The notes under the pieces are model-generated. The model was not told the DNA's origin. It worked only from the letters and a program-made list of their open reading frames with translations, and made no database searches. Shown one piece after another: positions 55,991 through 64,000 of a stretch of DNA of 64,000 bases. The stretch lies in NCBI RefSeq assembly GCF_009914755.1, contig NC_060947.1, one strand, 5' to 3'. The DNA comes from the human T2T-CHM13v2.0 reference genome, Homo sapiens. Within the stretch, counting starts at the first letter, position 1. Every line of letters begins with the position of its first letter. The translations under genes were made by a program, and so were the position numbers.

Positions 55991-56882
55991 GCCTAAACCC
56001 ATTCCCAAACTTTTGTAGTCCTTTATCCTCCTCAGGTTCAGCTATTGCCTTCTATCTGCTGGCTGAGCCATGTCCCAGTTATTCAGATTAATCTCATCTT
56101 TAGATAAAAGAGATCCAATCCTGGCTTGATGCCCTGATCACCGTGTTTCTGCTTCATTCTCAAAATCTAGGCTCTACATTTTGTCTCCATAGTTTTGAGT
56201 AACTCAAAGGCTACAAGCTTATGTCACTCTTGCTCAGTGTCTTCCTAGGTCTTGTTCTCTAATATCACATGACTGGTCTTAATATTAGCTATGAGACTTG
56301 CCTTACTATTTCCTTCTTTTAGATTTCCCAATTTTGTTCTCCAACTTTCTGTAGGGTTACCTGCTTATCCCTGGATTTGACACCGTCATTAAACTGAAAA
56401 CCCCATTTGAGTAAGCATTCATCATAAAAATCCTGTCAGCTCTTCTCTTGGAAATGGTTCTTTGTCATAAATACTGTGGTAACACAGAGTGTTATAAATT
56501 TTATGAGAATAAATACAATATCTTTATTAATATATCAGCTTCTTTTTAAAATGATGTAGAAGAAAGTAAATGCAGCACTTAGAAAATGTAGATTGGCTTT
56601 CATTCACTATCTGACATTTTCCAGATCAGCATTTCAGTTTTAAAAAATATATAATGACAAATAATTACTTTGGTATTTCAATTCAGTTGTAACTAAAGGG
56701 TAATTTTAGAAAGAAGAAATGGTAAGCATAAGCCAAAAAATGAACCAAAGGGTAATAAATAAACCAAACCCCTAAAATTCATTATCAAAAAGAGCTACAA
56801 CATTTTCACATTCTCAGAAAAAAAATGATTATATAGAGATTATCTTTGAATTCAAGCACTTACAGTTTTATTTGAAAGTCAC

Positions 56883-57785
56883 GGGGAGGAGCCAAGATGG
56901 CCGAATAGGAACAGCTCCGGTCTACAGCTCCCAGCCTGAGCGACGCAGAAGACGGGTGATTTCTTCATTTCCACCTGAGGTACCGGGTTCATCTCACTAG
57001 GGAGTGCCAGACAGTGGGCGCAGGTCAGTGGGTTCACGCACCGTGCGCGAGCCAAAGCAGGGCGAGGCATTGCCTCACTCGGGAAGTGCAAGGGGTCAGG
57101 GAGTTCCCTTTCCTAGTCAAATAAAGGGGTGACGGACGGCACCTGGAAAATCGGGTCACTCCCACCCGAATACTGCGCATTTCTGACAGGCTTAAAAAAC
57201 GGCGCACCACGAGATTATATCCCACATCTGGCTCGGGGGGGTCCAACGCCCACGGAGTCTCGCTGATTGCTAGCACAGCGGTCTGAGATCAAACTGCAAG
57301 GCAGCAGCGAGGCTGGGGGAGGGGCGCCCGCCATTGCCCAGGCTTTCTTAGGTAAACGAAGCAGCCCTGAAGCTCCAACTGGGTGGAGCCCACCACAGCT
57401 CAAGGAGGCTTGCCTGCCTCTGTAGGCTCCACCTCTGGGGGCAGGGCACAGACAAACAAAAAGACAGCAGTAACCTCTGCAGACTTAAATGTCCCTGTCT
57501 GACAGCTTTGAAGAGAGCAGTGGTTCTCCCAGCACGCAGCTGGAGATCTGAGAATGGGCAGACTGCCTCCTCAAGTGGGTCCCTGACCCCTGACCCACGA
57601 GCAGCCTAACTGGGAGGCACCCCCCAGCAGGGGCACACTGACACCTCACACTGCAGGGTACTCCAACAGACCTGCAGCTGAGGGTCCTGTCTGTTAGAAG
57701 GAAAACTAACAAACAGAAAGGACATCCACACCAAAAACCCATCTGTACATCACCATCATCAAAGACCAAAAGTAAAAGCACAAAG
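56883..57785 (+). promoter_or_regulatory. L1 5'UTR internal Pol II promoter, CpG-rich, including the antisense promoter region
   Basis: YY1 motif caagatggccg near 56893. SOX-type site aacaaa intact at 57455-57460 and mutated (aacgaa) at 57355-57360. Many CpGs retained. Function taken from established L1 biology. Confidence 0.8.
57215..57334 (-). pseudogene. ORF0: L1 antisense ORF0, frameshifted
   Basis: MAGAPPPASLLPCSLISDRCASNQRDSVGVGP starts at 57334. The continuation VGYNLVVRRFLS lies in another frame after a G7 run at 57235-57241. Confidence 0.8.
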
Positions 57786-58802
57786 ATGGGGAAAAAACAG
57801 AACAGAAAAACTGGAAACTTTAAAAAGCACAGCGCCTCTCCTCCTCCAAAGGAACGCAGTTCCTCACCAGCAATGGAACAAAGCTGGATGGAGAATGACT
57901 TTGACGAGCTGAGAGAAGGCGGCTTCAGACGATCAAATTACTCTGAGCTACGGGAGGACATTCAAACCAAAGGCAAAGAAGTTGAAAACTTTGAAAAAAA
58001 TTTAGAAGAATGTATAACTAGAATAACCAATATAGAGAAGTGCTTAAAGGAGCTGATGGAGCTGAAAACCAAGGCTCGAGAAATACGTGAAGAATGCAGA
58101 AGCCTCAGGAGCCGATGCGATCAACTGGAAGAAAGGGTATCAGCAATGGAAGATGAAATGAATGAAATGAAGCAAGAAGGGAAGTTTAGAGAAAAAAGAA
58201 TAAAAAGAAACGAGCAAAGCCTCCAAGAAATATGGGACTATGTGAAAAGACCAAATTTACGACTGATTGGTGTACGTGAAAGTGACAGGGAGAATGGAAC
58301 CAAGTTGGAAAACACTCTGCGGGATATTATCCAGGAAAACTTCCCCAATCTAGCAAGGCAGGCCAACGTTCAGATTCAGGAAATACAGAGAACGCCACAA
58401 AGATACTCCTCGAGAAGAGCAACTCCAAGACACAGAATTGTCAGATTCATCAAAGTTGAAATGAAGGAAAAAATGTTAAGGGCAGCCAGAGAGAAAGGTC
58501 AGGTTACCCTAAAAGGGAAGCCCATCAGACTAACAGCAGATCTCTCGGCAGAAACCCTACAAGCCAGAAGAGAGTGGGGGCCAATATTCAACATTCTTAA
58601 AGAAAAGAATTTTCAACCCAGAATTTCATATCCAGCCAAACTAAGCTTCATAAGTGAAGGAGAAATAAAATACTTTACAGACAAGCAAATGCTGAGAGAT
58701 TTTGACACCACCAGGCCTGCCCTAAAAGAGCTCCTGAAGGAAGCACTAAACATGGAAAGGAACAACCGGTACCAGCTGCTGCAAAATCATGCCAAAATGT
58801 AA
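57786..58802 (+). CDS. ORF1: LINE-1 ORF1p, RNA-binding chaperone, intact 338 aa
   Basis: MGKKQNRKTGN...QNHAKM at canonical length. REKG, ARR and YPAKLS motifs intact. Confidence 0.95.
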   Translation: MGKKQNRKTGNFKKHSASPPPKERSSSPAMEQSWMENDFDELREGGFRRSNYSELREDIQTKGKEVENFEKNLEECITRITNIEKCLKELMELKTKAREIREECRSLRSRCDQLEERVSAMEDEMNEMKQEGKFREKRIKRNEQSLQEIWDYVKRPNLRLIGVRESDRENGTKLENTLRDIIQENFPNLARQANVQIQEIQRTPQRYSSRRATPRHRIVRFIKVEMKEKMLRAAREKGQVTLKGKPIRLTADLSAETLQARREWGPIFNILKEKNFQPRISYPAKLSFISEGEIKYFTDKQMLRDFDTTRPALKELLKEALNMERNNRYQLLQNHAKM

Positions 58803-58850
58803 AGACCATCGAGACTAGGAAGAAACTGCATCAACAAACGAGCAAAATAA

Positions 58851-62693
<3,843 letters not shown>

Positions 62694-63817
62694 ACAATGA
62701 GAACACATGGACACAGGAAGGGGAACATCACACTCTGGGGACTGTTGTGGGGTGGGGGGAGTGGGGAGGGAGAGCATTGGGAGATATACCTAATACTAGA
62801 TGACGAGTTAGTGGGTGCAGCGCACCAGCATGGCACATGCATACATATGTAACTAACCTGCACAATGTGCACATGTACCCTAAAACTTAAAGTATAATAA
62901 TAATAAAAAAAAAGAAAATTAAAAAAAAAAAGAAAGTCACAAATAGCTTGTTTAAAGCAATTGACTATTTTAGGTGTTGTGACTGCTCTGCATTGGTGTA
63001 TATAAACATTAAAAAAAGACTTCAGAATTTTTTATTTTCTAATTATAGAGACAAAGAGGAATCGTTATTAGTTTTTTTGCCATGTCATATTAATAATCAG
63101 TGTTTATAGGCCAAACTAAACATAATCCAAAATCACATTTCTATAAGGAGTCCTTGTTATAGAGATAAAGCATCTTCTCTTAAATGTTGTTATATTTTCC
63201 ATTTCTAAGCAGTAGTTTAGGTGAAATGAAATGGAGACCCATGAAGTAGATAAATGAGACTGATTAAGAGAATAAGCCAGTTATTTAATCCGAGGAATAA
63301 GAAGTAATGTCTAAGCAGGAATTCATGAATGATAAAAGTTTCAGGGAAAGCACTTTACATGCCTGAGTATATGACTGTGTTATTTTAAACACTGTCAGAG
63401 TCCATTCAGCTGGAGTGTAATATTTTGTGTATCAGCACTCCTATTTTGGGATGTACTATAATTTAGAGATAGTGAGTAGTGATCCCTACATAACAGGACT
63501 ACTATTTCCTTTGCCATAATAGCAGTTTGTTTATAATAAAATTTATTTTCATCTAGTAATAGCATATATGATGCTTTCATTTTCATTCATTTCATTGGAG
63601 ATTATAGCCTTAGGTGACAGAGTTATTTTATTTTTCTTCAGAGTCCATTAAGTCATAAAAGTCTGCAGACTACTCCTAGACTTGTGCTCTACTTTACTAT
63701 AAAACAACAAATAATCTGGAACTGTTACAATATGTTCATAACGTTAACATGTTGCTAGCCATAGGAGTTCATATCTTAGTTACATTTTCTCGGGAAATTT
63801 GAAACCTCTAAAGCTGA

Positions 63818-63856
63818 AAAAAAAAATATATATATATATATGTATACACACACACA
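63818..63856. repeat. A-run/(TA)n/(CA)n compound microsatellite
   Basis: Read directly. Confidence 0.85.
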
Positions 63857-64000
63857 ATAAAGTACACTTTAAAAAGCAAACAAAAATTTTCTTTATAAGA
63901 TTTAGTGTAACACTACATTTTTTATTTGATTTGTTTTGATTTGTTTTTGCATCAAAGATGATGCAAAGAGTTAACTGGAACTTTTAGTTAACTTTCTAAC

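Noticed and set aside
62737-62771. G-quadruplex-like tract
   Set aside because: A standard, well-described feature of the L1PA 3'UTR.

Overview
This is AT-rich primate (human/ape-like) genomic DNA with no recognisable cellular gene, RNA gene or CRISPR array. By rough tally of my own calls, about two thirds is interspersed repeat, mostly LINE-1. Main elements: (1) an old internally deleted L1P4-type element at the left edge; (2) a TSD-less chimera joining an L1PA 5' end to an L1PA 3' end; (3) a full-length L1PB with a 14-bp TSD; (4) a 17.7-kb L1MA1/2-type element still bounded by a perfect 17-bp TSD and packed with nested L1PA/L1PB pieces, four Alus, a two-LTR THE1A and a 50-bp foldback hairpin; (5) a young full-length L1PA2-like element with intact ORF1 and an indel-free ORF2 broken only by Q772* and W1224*. 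Solo LTRs, DNA transposon relics, MIR/L2 fragments and microsatellites fill the gaps. I found no evidence of a new biological system. The points worth follow-up are rearrangement/repair scars, the residual coding capacity of the young L1, and a few weak candidate exons. Subfamily names come from remembered consensus motifs and need RepeatMasker/Dfam confirmation.
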